The position numbers and the translations under genes are program-made. Shown piece by piece: positions 26,623 to 36,816 of a stretch of DNA of 64,000 bases; positions within the stretch are counted from its first letter, which is position 1, and the number at the start of each line of letters is the position of its first letter. The notes under the pieces were generated by a model. The model saw only the letters and a list, made by a program, of their open reading frames with translations. It did no database searches and was not told the origin of the DNA. This DNA comes from Sedimentisphaerales bacterium (GTDB taxonomy: Bacteria > Planctomycetota > Phycisphaerae > Sedimentisphaerales > Anaerobacaceae), in the NCBI GenBank assembly GCA_963708075.1, contig OY970194.1:1312001-1376000 (forward strand), given 5' to 3'.

Positions 26623-28722
26623 ATGGCAGGCAGAAGAATAGACGAACATACGCTGAGAGTGCTCGAATTCGAGGATGTGAAGAACCTTCTGGCGTCGTTT
26701 GCGGCCAGTGATTTGGGCCGGGACGCGGCAAGGGCGCTGTATCCGTCGGTCGATCTGCGATGGGCGAAGGCGCGCGTCGCGGAGACGGCCGAGTTGGGGG
26801 CGGTGCTGGAGCGTGGCGAACGGGTGCCGATGGCCGGCCTGCGCGATATCCGGCCGACGCTCAAGGAGTTCGGCAAGAAGCAAACGGTGCTTGAGCCTGC
26901 CCAGTTGCTTGAGATTTCCGACACGCTGGCGGCCAGCGGCAGGCTGAGGCTGTTCCTCACGAATCTGGAGCCATCGCAGAGCAGCCACCTGCACGCTATG
27001 GGCGAGAAACTCGGCGATTTTCAGGCCATCGTGGATGAGGTCAGCCGGTGCATCGGCGGCGATAAGCGCGTGCGCGACGACGCTTCGGATAAGCTCAAGG
27101 AGATCCGCCGCAAGATGGCGGAGTTGAGCGAAGCCATCCACCATCGGTTTTTGAGTATTGTCTCTTCGCCTTCGCTGCGTCGGGCGGTCGAGAACGACAA
27201 TTTCCTGCTGCGTCACGGCCGGCCCGTCGTCGCGCTAAAAGCCAATTACCGCACCGCTTTGCGAGGCACGGTTCTGGATCGTTCGAACACCGGGGCCACC
27301 CTGTACGTCGAGCCGGACGAGCTGGTCGAGTTGAGCAACGAGATGGAGGACGCGGTCTTCGAGGAGAAGAAGGAGATCGGCCGCATCCTGTGGCTCCTCA
27401 CGAAGATGGTCCTCGATCAGCAGGAGGCTATCCTTGACAGCGTAAAGACGCTCGCCCTGGTTGATTTGACCTATGCGAAGGCGAGATTCGGTATCGCCTA
27501 CGGTATGCACCCGCCGGACCTCAATCCCGGTGCTTCGCTGCAGCTTCGCCAGGCCCGGCATCCTCTGCTGCTGCATGTGGCAAGCCGGCAAAAGGGGTGC
27601 GAGGTGCGCGAGCTGACCGATGAGATCGTGCCCATCGACGCCCGTCTGGGCGAGGACTTCGACCTGCTCCTGATCACCGGGCCCAACACCGGCGGCAAGA
27701 CCGTGGTTCTCAAGACCATCGGCCTGCTGACCGTCATGGCCCAGAGCGGCATGCACATCCCGGCCCTCGCGGGATCGCAGGTCTCCGTCTTTCGGCAGGT
27801 CTATGCGGATATCGGCGACGAGCAGAGCATCGAGCAGAGCCTGAGCACGTTCTCCGCCCACATGCGACAAGTCGTCAAGATTCTGAACGAGACGAACGAC
27901 GGCACGCTGGTCCTGCTCGACGAGCTTGGTGCGGGGACCGACCCAATCGAGGGGGCTGTATTGGCCACGGCTGTGCTGGACAAGCTGCTCGAAAAAGGCG
28001 CGAAGGTCGTGGTGACCACCCATCTGGGGCAACTCAAGTCCTACGCCTACAGCACGCCGCGGGCACAGAACGCCTCGGTGCAGTTCGATAGCGAAACCCT
28101 GGAGCCCACGTTTCGATTGATGATCGGTACGCCGGGCAGCAGCAATGCGCTGGTCATCGCCAAACGCCTGGGCATGCCCAACTCCGTCATCGTCGAGGCG
28201 AGCTCCTCGCTGGAAAAGGAATCCGACGGTACCTCTGATCTGATCAACCAGATTCAGGCGACCCGCGAAGATTCCGAGCGCAAACGCTCCGAGGCCCAGT
28301 CGATGCTCGACGAGGCCAAGGCAGTGCGCTCCGAGGCCGCCGAGAGACTGCAGCAAGTGGAAGAGGAAGGCCGGCGGCTTAAGGAGCAGGCAGACCAGGA
28401 GATCGACGATTCCATGCGGGCGGTTCGCCGCGTGATCGATGAGTTCGCCGCCGAGATGCAAAACGCCCCGAGCCTGTGGCAGCAGAAGGCCCAGGGGTTG
28501 GTCGAGAAGACAGCCGAACTTGCGGCCGGGACGCCCCTGGCGACGCGCCATGCAGCCTTCATCGAGACCCTGCACAGGGGCGACAGCGTCTACGTGATTC
28601 CCTTCCGGCGCGAAGGCATCGTGGAACGCGTGCGCAAGAAGCGGGGGACAATCGAGGTCTTCGTCGACAGCAAGCAGGTCGAGGTACCCTTCGCAGAAGT
28701 CTCAAAACCGCAGCAGGCGTAA
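26623..28722 (+). CDS. mutS2: MutS2-family ATPase lacking the C-terminal Smr domain
   Basis: LRVLEF start, ARHPLL, ITGPNTGGKT, DIGDEQSIEQSLSTFSAH, LLDELGAGTDP, coiled coil, KOW-like end; TATAAT at 26534. Confidence 0.88.
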   Translation: MAGRRIDEHTLRVLEFEDVKNLLASFAASDLGRDAARALYPSVDLRWAKARVAETAELGAVLERGERVPMAGLRDIRPTLKEFGKKQTVLEPAQLLEISDTLAASGRLRLFLTNLEPSQSSHLHAMGEKLGDFQAIVDEVSRCIGGDKRVRDDASDKLKEIRRKMAELSEAIHHRFLSIVSSPSLRRAVENDNFLLRHGRPVVALKANYRTALRGTVLDRSNTGATLYVEPDELVELSNEMEDAVFEEKKEIGRILWLLTKMVLDQQEAILDSVKTLALVDLTYAKARFGIAYGMHPPDLNPGASLQLRQARHPLLLHVASRQKGCEVRELTDEIVPIDARLGEDFDLLLITGPNTGGKTVVLKTIGLLTVMAQSGMHIPALAGSQVSVFRQVYADIGDEQSIEQSLSTFSAHMRQVVKILNETNDGTLVLLDELGAGTDPIEGAVLATAVLDKLLEKGAKVVVTTHLGQLKSYAYSTPRAQNASVQFDSETLEPTFRLMIGTPGSSNALVIAKRLGMPNSVIVEASSSLEKESDGTSDLINQIQATREDSERKRSEAQSMLDEAKAVRSEAAERLQQVEEEGRRLKEQADQEIDDSMRAVRRVIDEFAAEMQNAPSLWQQKAQGLVEKTAELAAGTPLATRHAAFIETLHRGDSVYVIPFRREGIVERVRKKRGTIEVFVDSKQVEVPFAEVSKPQQA

Positions 28723-28728
28723 CGAACG

Positions 28729-29886
28729 TCACACCATCGCTTTGCTGAGTATTTCAAGGAGTTCGTCGTCGCGCAGCTCGATGGGATTGCCCTTCATGCT
28801 ACTGGCCTTCTTTGCCTGGGCGACGACGGCAGGCAGGTCTTCCCTTCGCAAGCCGTACTCGCTCAATCCGGGCAGGCCGAACCCAGCGCATAACTCCTGA
28901 ATCCAGGAGACAGCGTCGGACGCCTGGGCGGCGGGTTTGCCGGTCAGGATTCTCGCGGCCTCATCGAAGCGGGCCCGGGCCGGTGAGTCGAAGGATCGGG
29001 ACTGCAAGGCCCATACGTTCGCCTCAATGACGTAGGGCAGAAGCTTGCCGCAGATAACGCCGTGGGGCGCATTTGTCATGCCTCCCAGTGGGCCTGCAAA
29101 CCCGTGCACGGCGCCGAGGGCAGCGTTGGCCAGTGCAAGACCGCTGAAGAGACTGGCTATTGCCATATCCTCGCGCGCCTGGGCATCGTTCCCATCCCGG
29201 AACGCACGTTGCAGGGACCGGCCGATCCGTTGCAGGCCCTCGCGGCAGACGCCGTCTGTCATCGGATTGGCTTTGTTTGAAACGAATGGCTCGATGAGTT
29301 GAGTGAGGGCATCCAAGCCGGTGCTGGCGGTCAGCTTCGGCGGCATGGAATGGGTCAGCAGCGGATCGACCAGGGCCACCCGGGGCAGCAGAAGGGGGCT
29401 TCGCATGCTGACTTTTACCCGGTGCTCGGGGACAAGGAGGACCGCGTTGCGCGTGACCTCGGCCCCCGTTCCCGCCGTCGTCGGCACAGCGATGTACGGG
29501 ACCGGCTCGCCCTGCAGAGGTTTACCCTTGCCGACGACCTCAAGATAATCGAGCAGTTCCCCCTCGTTTTTCAGCATGGCAGCAACGACCTTGCCTGTAT
29601 CGATGACGCTGCCGCCGCCGATGGCGATCACGACCTGGCTCTGGGCCCATCGCGCCGACACGACAGCCGCCTGGGCCATCTCCGTCGTGGGTTCCCCGAC
29701 GACATGGAAGACTTCGGGCACGACCGCCACGCAAGCAAGTTGATCGAGGATTCGACCGAAGCGGTGCGGATCGCTCCCCAGCATGAGGAACACCCGGTTG
29801 CCAAACGCGACGGCTATCTCGGCCAACTGGTCTGCGGCACCCGGGCCAAAGATGATCCTGTCGGCAGTAGAGAATTCGAATCTCAT
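28729..29886 (-). CDS. Iron-containing alcohol dehydrogenase
   Basis: GGGSVIDTGK, VPTTAGTGAEVT, GLDALTQ, GAVHG, PHG. Confidence 0.92.
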   Translation of the reverse strand: MRFEFSTADRIIFGPGAADQLAEIAVAFGNRVFLMLGSDPHRFGRILDQLACVAVVPEVFHVVGEPTTEMAQAAVVSARWAQSQVVIAIGGGSVIDTGKVVAAMLKNEGELLDYLEVVGKGKPLQGEPVPYIAVPTTAGTGAEVTRNAVLLVPEHRVKVSMRSPLLLPRVALVDPLLTHSMPPKLTASTGLDALTQLIEPFVSNKANPMTDGVCREGLQRIGRSLQRAFRDGNDAQAREDMAIASLFSGLALANAALGAVHGFAGPLGGMTNAPHGVICGKLLPYVIEANVWALQSRSFDSPARARFDEAARILTGKPAAQASDAVSWIQELCAGFGLPGLSEYGLRREDLPAVVAQAKKASSMKGNPIELRDDELLEILSKAMV

Positions 29887-29898
29887 GGAGCGGACCAC

Positions 29899-30219
29899 CT
29901 ATTTCCCCGAGTAATCCCAGCCCTGCTCGCCCGGAAAAACGTTGGCGTACTTCATGCTGCTCCGCGGTTCGGCCATCATGCTCTCCACGGTGTCACGCCA
30001 CTTCTTATAGTGGGCCGTCTCCTTGTGCTTGGCGGGGTCGTTCGGCGTGCGGTAGACCTCGACGAGGACGAACCGCGTGGGGTCGTCCTGTTGTTGAATG
30101 ACATCGAACCTGGCAACCCCCGGCTCCTTCACACTCTGTTTTGCGTTCTCGGCGCTGGCGGCTCGGAACGCCTCCACCTGGTCCGTCTTGACGTGCACGT
30201 GCACATGAACGATCAGCAT
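29899..30219 (-). CDS. ABM-domain (LsrG-like) protein
   Basis: [11 protein letters not shown]...FVLVEVY...[12 protein letters not shown]. Confidence 0.85.
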   Translation of the reverse strand: MLIVHVHVHVKTDQVEAFRAASAENAKQSVKEPGVARFDVIQQQDDPTRFVLVEVYRTPNDPAKHKETAHYKKWRDTVESMMAEPRSSMKYANVFPGEQGWDYSGK

Positions 30220-30396
30220 ACCTGTCTCCTTACCGGAAATGAGTCTTCAGCAGTGTAGCACACGCTCAGCGTACACGCAACCGTACCTCTCGATTCGTCG
30301 GTGGACAGGACAAACGGACTGTTCCTCCTTTCCGTCAGTGGGTCGACAGGCTGTGTACATTCTGCTCCTGTTGACCCAAGTGAGAGGCGTTCGTCG

Positions 30397-30425
30397 TTGA
30401 CAATGCATCGCACTTTCGTTATGTT
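30397..30425 (+). promoter_or_regulatory. Sigma70-type promoter
   Basis: TTGACA-17 nt-TATGTT upstream of the RNase HII-like gene. Confidence 0.5.
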
Positions 30426-30504
30426 CTTACATGCGGATGTTGGGCTTTTTGCGGTATGGCCGCGGGGAATCATGGTTGGTATCGGGAAAGGCAGAGCAGC
30501 GAGT

Positions 30505-31464
30505 GTGGCGATTCTGGCAGGGATAGATGAGGCGGGTTTCGGGCCATTGCTGGGACCGCTCCTTGTGTCATGTGACGCGTTTTCTGTCGAGCCGGCGCTG
30601 CTGGGGGCGGATCTGTGGCAGGTCTTCAAACGCAGTGTCGGGATGACCCGGAAGCGCCTTTCCGGCCGTCTGCTCATTGCCGACAGCAAGAAGGCCTACA
30701 ACAGGGCCGAAGGGCTTGGACACCTGGAACGGACGTCGCTGGCTGTGCTTCAGGCGATGGGCAAGGAGACGCAAGATCTCGCGTCTCTACTGAGCGTCCT
30801 GTGCCCGGATTGCCTGCCGCGACTGGCGGAGTACGCTTGGTATGGGGGCTTACGGGATCGTCCTCTGGCGACTGGGCATGCGGATGCGAGGATCGCGGCA
30901 AAGGTTTTCGCCGACGACCTCCAATCTCATGGGGCCAGGCTGGTACACCTGCGAAGCTGCTGCCTCGATGTCATGCACTACAACAAGTTGATCGACACGG
31001 TGAAGAACAAATCGCAGGTCCTGTACATCACCACGACCCGGCTGATTCAGAATCTGCTGGATGAATTTCCGCGGGAGGATGTCCACGTGCTGATCGACCG
31101 GCAGGGCGGACGGGCGCATTACCGGGAGCATCTGCTTCGCAGCTTTCCCGGCATGGACCTGAAGATCGTGCATGAAGACGAGAATCGCAGCGTCTATGAG
31201 CTGCGAGGCGCCTCCCGTATGCTTCGCCTGACGTTCGAGGTCAAGGGGGATGATCGGTACCTGCCGGTGTCGCTGGCCTCCATGGTCAGCAAGTATGTCC
31301 GGGAGTTGCTGATGGAGTGCATGAACGACTACTTTGTCCATTTGGACGCGGGCCTGCGGCCGACGGCGGGGTACTGGCAGGACGGCCAGCGATTTCTCAA
31401 AGATTTGCAATCTCGCCTGCCGACTCTTAAGATAGACGACCGCCAGTTGGTCCGGTGCCGGTAA
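30505..31464 (+). CDS. RNase HII-fold protein (divergent)
   Basis: AGIDEAGFGPLLGPL, DSKK, IDRQGGR, VSLASMVSKYVRE, GY. Confidence 0.8.
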   Translation: MAILAGIDEAGFGPLLGPLLVSCDAFSVEPALLGADLWQVFKRSVGMTRKRLSGRLLIADSKKAYNRAEGLGHLERTSLAVLQAMGKETQDLASLLSVLCPDCLPRLAEYAWYGGLRDRPLATGHADARIAAKVFADDLQSHGARLVHLRSCCLDVMHYNKLIDTVKNKSQVLYITTTRLIQNLLDEFPREDVHVLIDRQGGRAHYREHLLRSFPGMDLKIVHEDENRSVYELRGASRMLRLTFEVKGDDRYLPVSLASMVSKYVRELLMECMNDYFVHLDAGLRPTAGYWQDGQRFLKDLQSRLPTLKIDDRQLVRCR

Positions 31465-31559
31465 TCTGATTTTGGTTTGTGATTTTTGATTGCTGATTTG
31501 AAGAGGCGGATCCGGGGTGTTTCCCAAATCAACAATCAAACATCAACAATCAGCAATCG
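31465..31559. repeat. Two heptamer tracts in inverted orientation (hairpin)
   Basis: gatttttgattgctgatttg ... caaatcaacaatcaaacatc. Confidence 0.7.
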
Positions 31560-31573
31560 TACGAGGATCTGTG

Positions 31574-32959
31574 ATGCAGCAGCGTAGCGAACAATCGTGG
31601 TTCACGACAGTCTCGCTGGGTATCATCGCCGTCGTGGCGTTGGCGGCGGCACTGGTCTATACGCGGACGATCATGATTCCCTTCGTCGTGGCGGTGTTCA
31701 TCGTCGCGCTGGTCGCGCCGATCCAGGACTTCCAAGTCAGGCGTCTGAGACTGCCTCGCTTCATCGCCACCATCGTGACGTTGCTCTTTGTCCTCTTCGT
31801 GATGGCTGTGGTGTCTGTCTTTGTCGTGCAGGCGATCCGGACGATTGCGTCCACGGCAGGCGAATACAGCACCAGCTTCGCCAAGATGGCGAACAAACTC
31901 CTCAAGCCGATCGAGTATGTGTACAAGCGGGAGGAGCCGAAGCCCGAGCCTCCGGCGTCATCCGATGATCCGAACTCGAAATCCGCCGTGACGCACGAGG
32001 AGCCCAAACCCGTCCCGAAGCAGCCGGCGGTGCTGGAATTGTATCCGTTTATCGAGGATAACGCCAAACCGGCGGAGTTGGAGGTGCAGCCTCGGCCCGT
32101 CGCCCCGGCAAAGGACTCGAATGAAGCCATCGACCCCAACGCCCCGCCGGGGACGACCGCAGAGCATTCGCTGATCGACACCAAACAGATTGCCAAGGAT
32201 CTGGCGGACAGTGCGAAGCAGGTCGTCAGAGACATGGCGAACAAGATGTTCGCGATACTCACGAACGCAGTCCAGGTGATTTTCGGGCTGATTTCGGGCG
32301 TGCTGTTTGTCCTGATTTTCGTCGTGTTCCTCCTTGCCGGCCGCAACCCGTACGCAGAGCACTCGCAGGTCTACAAGGATGTCGTGCAGAAGATCGGGCG
32401 CTACGTCGGCATCCACTTCGTCATCTCGGCGGTAACCGGCGTGCTGGTCTGGGCCTCGCTCACGATCATCGGACTGCCCCTGGCAGGGGTGTTCGGCGTG
32501 GTGGCCTTCGTGCTGAACTGGATCCCCTCGATCGGCTCGATCATCGTGACCCTGCTGCCAATCCCCATCGCAATGGCGGAGTTCCACGACAGCCTCTGGT
32601 TGATCGTCCTGGTGGTCGCCGTTCCCGGAGCCATTCAGAACCTGCTGGGCAATATCATCGAGCCCAAGCTGATGGGCGAAGGGCTGGATCTGCATCCGGT
32701 CACGATTCTCCTGGCCCTGTCATTCTGGGGGCTGGTGTGGGGGATTGTCGGCATGTTCCTGGCGGCCCCGATCACGGCCGCGATTCGAATCGTGCTGATG
32801 CAGTTCGACATGCTCAAACCCATCGGCAACCTGCTGGCCGGCAATTTCGCGAAAGCCCCGGCTCCTGAACCGGAGACGGCCCGGCAGGCGGAGGCGGAGG
32901 CTACGCCTTCTTCAACTCCTCCTGAAGCAGTTGAACCTGGCGGCTCTCTTCCCGAATGA
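31574..32959 (+). CDS. AI-2E family transporter with a Pro/charged insertion
   Basis: LNWIPSIGS, GNIIEPKLMGEGLDLHP, WGIVGMFLAAP. Confidence 0.9.
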   Translation: MQQRSEQSWFTTVSLGIIAVVALAAALVYTRTIMIPFVVAVFIVALVAPIQDFQVRRLRLPRFIATIVTLLFVLFVMAVVSVFVVQAIRTIASTAGEYSTSFAKMANKLLKPIEYVYKREEPKPEPPASSDDPNSKSAVTHEEPKPVPKQPAVLELYPFIEDNAKPAELEVQPRPVAPAKDSNEAIDPNAPPGTTAEHSLIDTKQIAKDLADSAKQVVRDMANKMFAILTNAVQVIFGLISGVLFVLIFVVFLLAGRNPYAEHSQVYKDVVQKIGRYVGIHFVISAVTGVLVWASLTIIGLPLAGVFGVVAFVLNWIPSIGSIIVTLLPIPIAMAEFHDSLWLIVLVVAVPGAIQNLLGNIIEPKLMGEGLDLHPVTILLALSFWGLVWGIVGMFLAAPITAAIRIVLMQFDMLKPIGNLLAGNFAKAPAPEPETARQAEAEATPSSTPPEAVEPGGSLPE

Positions 32960-33389
32960 TCTTATCGATGGTGTCCCTGCTGGCGGGGTCGCGGGCAAAG
33001 TCCTTCAGGCCCCGGTAGAAGATGACGACTTCGTTGGCGCGGCGGATGGCATCTTTGAGGACCTGGCGAAGGCTCTCCTTGCCGGTCAGCCGGTCGGCGA
33101 CATCCTGGCTGGTCCCGAACCACGTCAGGCCCGCCATAACGGGCGGGTTGGAGTGGACGTAGTCGTCCGGGTCGAAGGTACCGAACTCCCCGGTCTTCTC
33201 CGAGAACCGCTTTCGCATGCGGGCCCAAATCTTCTCGTGCTTGGCTTTCCAGGTGGCCAGGCGGTAGTAAAGGTCACGAATCTGCGGGTCGGCGAATGTC
33301 TCGGCTGCCTGGAGGTAGAATTTGGCCCCCTTGTGCTCGATCTGCTCCGCAATTTGCAGGATTTCGAAGACGTTGAACTTCGTCTCCAT
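32901..33389 (-). CDS. Ferritin-like/rubrerythrin-domain protein
   Basis: EILQIAEQIEHKGAKFY...IIREE; several canonical di-iron ligands appear substituted. Confidence 0.8.
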   Translation of the reverse strand: METKFNVFEILQIAEQIEHKGAKFYLQAAETFADPQIRDLYYRLATWKAKHEKIWARMRKRFSEKTGEFGTFDPDDYVHSNPPVMAGLTWFGTSQDVADRLTGKESLRQVLKDAIRRANEVVIFYRGLKDFARDPASRDTIDKIIREESRQVQLLQEELKKA

Positions 33390-33500
33390 GCCGTGCCTTT
33401 TCGAAACGGATACTGTTGTCTCCCTCAGGAGCCTTGCGCCGGCGCCTCGATTCTGCCGAAAGCCGATACCCGCCTGCGGCATGCAATATCGATATAAGAC

Positions 33501-33528
33501 ATTATAGCCGCTGCCGGTGTCGTGTCAA
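33501..33528 (-). promoter_or_regulatory. Consensus sigma70 promoter for the ferritin-like gene
   Basis: Minus strand TTGACA-16 nt-TATAAT. Confidence 0.7.
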
Positions 33529-33753
33529 CCGCGAACCTGCACGGGCGAATACCCAATTCGGTGACACTACGCTTGTCTGGCAACGCCCGATAATCAGGCT
33601 CCGGAGACTCTCCCCGCCCGGTGGGAAAAACGACTTTCATAAGGCAAAGACTCCTTGTGGTTGTTATATTGGTAGCCGGCCGCTCTTCATTGGCGGTCTG
33701 TGGCAACGCGAAGTGGAACTGAGAGACAACGAGAGTTCGAAAGGAGGAACGCA

Positions 33754-34737
33754 ATGAGTCTGAGAGGCGTATCTCTGGTGATCGTGGTTCTGGCTGCCTG
33801 TGCAATCCCCGTCGCCGCGCAGGAGAAACTCGGTGACTTGGTGGCCCAGGGTGGTTACGACTGGCTGATGGGCCGGTGGGTCGCGACGACCGACCAGGGC
33901 GAGAAGGTGGAATTCCGGTACGACTGGGCGATGGACAAGTACATCGTTGTTGCCGACACCATCATGGGCAACTTCAAGTACCATGGTATCATCATGCTCT
34001 CGCCGAACAGTTACGAGCCGATGGGATTCGGCGCCGACAACAGGGGCGGCCTGTGGAAGGGGACCTGGTCCGAGGACCCCGCCGGGCTGGTCAACAGGAT
34101 CGAGCATACGAGTCCCGACGGCCAGGTGCGCAAGGGCGACATCGTTCACAGCAGAGTGGACGCCGATACGATGGCCGTTGCGATCTACGCCGTCGATAGC
34201 AGCGGTACTCGCAGCAGCGAGCCCTGGACCAAGCAGACCTACAAGCGTCAGACGACGCCGGCGACGGCCGCCGCCTCTGCTGCCGAGCAGAGCGGTGGTT
34301 CATCGGACTACCAGACCCTGGGCGACCTCATCGCACAAGGCGGCTATGGATGGCTCATCGGCAAGTGGGTCGCGACTAAAGACGACCGAACGTACCAGCT
34401 CGAGCACACCCCCATCCTCGACAAGCACGCCGCACTTGTGAATGTGAAGATCGGCGAGTTCCAGTATTGCGGCATGATCACCTATGCGCCCGCGAGCCAG
34501 GAGATTGGCCAGATCGGCGTGGACAACAGGAGCCGCATCTGGAAAGGCACGTGGGAGCAGGGCGATGAGGGAGCGGTGTACAAGGTCGATGTCGCCAGGC
34601 CGGATGGCGCCACGCAGAAAATCCAGATCGTCTACATCAAAGGCGACAACGATACGCTGAAGACCAAAGAGTACGCCGTCGAGGATGGCAAGGCTACGCT
34701 GCGCGACGAGCTGACCTTCAAACGCCAGAAGCCGTGA
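33754..34737 (+). CDS. Exported hypothetical protein with an internally duplicated domain
   Basis: AGGAGG RBS, signal peptide; LGDLVAQGGYDWLMGRWVAT / LGDLIAQGGYGWLIGKWVAT. Confidence 0.8.
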   Translation: MSLRGVSLVIVVLAACAIPVAAQEKLGDLVAQGGYDWLMGRWVATTDQGEKVEFRYDWAMDKYIVVADTIMGNFKYHGIIMLSPNSYEPMGFGADNRGGLWKGTWSEDPAGLVNRIEHTSPDGQVRKGDIVHSRVDADTMAVAIYAVDSSGTRSSEPWTKQTYKRQTTPATAAASAAEQSGGSSDYQTLGDLIAQGGYGWLIGKWVATKDDRTYQLEHTPILDKHAALVNVKIGEFQYCGMITYAPASQEIGQIGVDNRSRIWKGTWEQGDEGAVYKVDVARPDGATQKIQIVYIKGDNDTLKTKEYAVEDGKATLRDELTFKRQKP

Positions 34738-34788
34738 CAGAAAGTCACGGCAACCGGCCGGGAGTCTGTTGACGGAATCCGTTCGAGA

Positions 34789-35538
34789 TCAGAACCGGAT
34801 GCGCCCGCCGAACATGTAGATTGGGCCGCTCAAATCGATGCCGGAGTCTTCCTTGTCGAAATCGTACTGGAACTCGAACAGCAACTCCGCGTTATCGCTG
34901 ACGGCCACGTTCAACCCTGCTACAACGAACGGGAAGAATCCGTGGGCGATGGTGTCCGTGCCTTCCTCTTCGTCGATGAGAGTGTGGAATGTGCCGGGGA
35001 AGTGCGGGTCCTCGAAGGTCTCCGCGTACTCGTACTGCCAGTAATCGAGGAACCAGAAGTAGCCGATGCCGGCCCCGACGTAGGGCCGGAGGCTCCTTTC
35101 ATAGCCAAACGGGTACAAGCGGGCGGCCAGCCGGATGTCGAGCATGAAGAGGTCGTCGAGGTAAGACTCTTCGATCAGCACATCCTCATCGATGCTGACG
35201 TAGTCGTCGTCGATCGAACCCAGAGAGGAACCGCCGACGCTGAAGGCCACGTCGACGTAGTCGTCGGCGAACACCGGGCTGGCGATCTCCAACTCCAGTC
35301 TCGCCCGGGTCGTTTTGTCGAGATCGATGGGGTCTTCCACTGTCTGAGCGCCGATCTTCAAGGCGATCCCGGGGCCGGATTGGCCGGCACACGGCGTCGT
35401 CCAGGCGAACGAGGCGGCGAGCGTGCATATTGTGACCGTTATCAGGCTGCCTCGGATTGTGTCGCCACGGGAGGAATTGGTGATGTGGTTCCGGCGAGAT
35501 GCGTGACACCCTCTGCGGATAGACCCTGTTCGTGCCAT
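34789..35538 (-). CDS. Outer-membrane beta-barrel protein
   Basis: RPYVGAGIGY, terminal GGRIRF; start uncertain. Confidence 0.75.
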   Translation of the reverse strand: MARTGSIRRGCHASRRNHITNSSRGDTIRGSLITVTICTLAASFAWTTPCAGQSGPGIALKIGAQTVEDPIDLDKTTRARLELEIASPVFADDYVDVAFSVGGSSLGSIDDDYVSIDEDVLIEESYLDDLFMLDIRLAARLYPFGYERSLRPYVGAGIGYFWFLDYWQYEYAETFEDPHFPGTFHTLIDEEEGTDTIAHGFFPFVVAGLNVAVSDNAELLFEFQYDFDKEDSGIDLSGPIYMFGGRIRF

Positions 35539-35671
35539 GCTTTTCATCTCCATCAAGAGACTGAAGGTTTCAGGCCTAATCGTCCGATCTTTCGGCTCCA
35601 CCAATAAAAGGCACCCGCAGGCGTGTCGGTAACGCTCGAAAAGGGCCGAATCGCAAGGTCGGCTCCGACGA

Positions 35672-36220
35672 TTACTGTGGCGGGGGCGAGGATTCGCTGG
35701 GGCGCAGGGTCACGTCGGCCCCGAGGGGGCGGACATCGAGACAGGCGACCAGGAAACGGATGCCGGATTTTGCGTCGCCTGTGAGACGTTCGGCTTCTGC
35801 GGCCAAAGGATTCGGGATGAGACCCACCCATTGCGTTGCCCATGGTGCGCCCCCCGGGATGAATGCTGTCGTGGCTGGGCCGGATGCGTGCGGCCGCCCC
35901 GCCGGCGTCGAGAGAGAGAACAGGACCGCCGCGGCGATGACGAGGCACGCCGCCGCAGCCAGCGCCATGCGGATTCGAAAACCATGATTTGGCGGCTGCA
36001 TACGAGTGACGTGCGGGAGAATCCAGGGAGAGGGTCGTTCCGGGGCTTGCTGCCATCTGTCGGCTTCGGATCTCAGGCGTATGTCGATGGTACGGCAACT
36101 CTGAAGGAATTGCCTGCAACCCGCGCAGTGCGTGACATGCCGCCTTGCCCATCGATTGCCGGGACTGCCGGAATCGGCGGCACTGGAAATCATGAATCGG
36201 AAGAACCAGCAGAGCATCAC
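35672..36220 (-). CDS. Putative zinc-binding anti-sigma factor
   Basis: HVTHCAGC (HxxxCxxC), single TM, downstream of an ECF sigma. Confidence 0.7.
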   Translation of the reverse strand: MMLCWFFRFMISSAADSGSPGNRWARRHVTHCAGCRQFLQSCRTIDIRLRSEADRWQQAPERPSPWILPHVTRMQPPNHGFRIRMALAAAACLVIAAAVLFSLSTPAGRPHASGPATTAFIPGGAPWATQWVGLIPNPLAAEAERLTGDAKSGIRFLVACLDVRPLGADVTLRPSESSPPPQ

Positions 36221-36260
36221 ATGTCTCCTGACATCATTATCCTCCGGGCCTGTGATCGTA

Positions 36261-36814
36261 TCATTTGTCCACGTCCATGGCTTCGGACTGCCTATTCAGA
36301 CACTTCGCCAAGCTCACGCGGGCGCGGTAGAGCAGCACTCTGACGCAGACCTGCGACTTGCCCATTGCCGTGGCGATCTCCTTCACGGACATGTCCTCCG
36401 CATACTTGAGCCACACTACCTGCCGCTGGTAATCCGGCAACTCGGCCACCTTCGCCCACAGGCCCTCCCGTTGCTCCTGCCTGTCGATTTCTTCGTCGGC
36501 GCAGGTCTGTAGACGAAGGCTAAGGGCACTGGATTGCGGCTCTCTTTTGCGTCGTCGGCTGACGGCCAACCGCCTCGCGATCGTGAACAGCCACGTCGAG
36601 AACTTCCATGAATCATCATACCGGCCGAGGTTCTGGTAGGCTTTGATGAACGTATCCTGAACCAAGTCTTCGACTTCATGGCGATCGCGGGTCTTTCGCC
36701 GCAGGAATACGTGCAGCCTGGCGCATACCGATGGACCAGCTCGGCGAACGAGGCCTGGCAGCCTTGTTGGGCCCGCCAGGCCAGTTCCTCCGAATCCAAG
36801 TCCCGCAGCATCAT
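36261..36814 (-). CDS. ECF RNA polymerase sigma factor; -1 frameshift near 36720
   Basis: SEELAWRAQQGCQASFAELVHRYAP joins RLHVFLRRK...EDLVQDTFIKAY...FSTWLFTIA...EIATAMG if one base is added. Confidence 0.85.
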
Positions 36815-36816
36815 TC

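Noticed and set aside
26407..27216. N-terminal extension making the PIN ORF 426 aa
   Set aside because: It is antisense to mutS2 and intergenic sequence; the PIN domain begins at MKKML (26406).
29266..29280. Isolated GATTGGCTTTGTTTG matching the array repeat
   Set aside because: It encodes the ordinary SNKANP segment of the alcohol dehydrogenase; likely coincidence.
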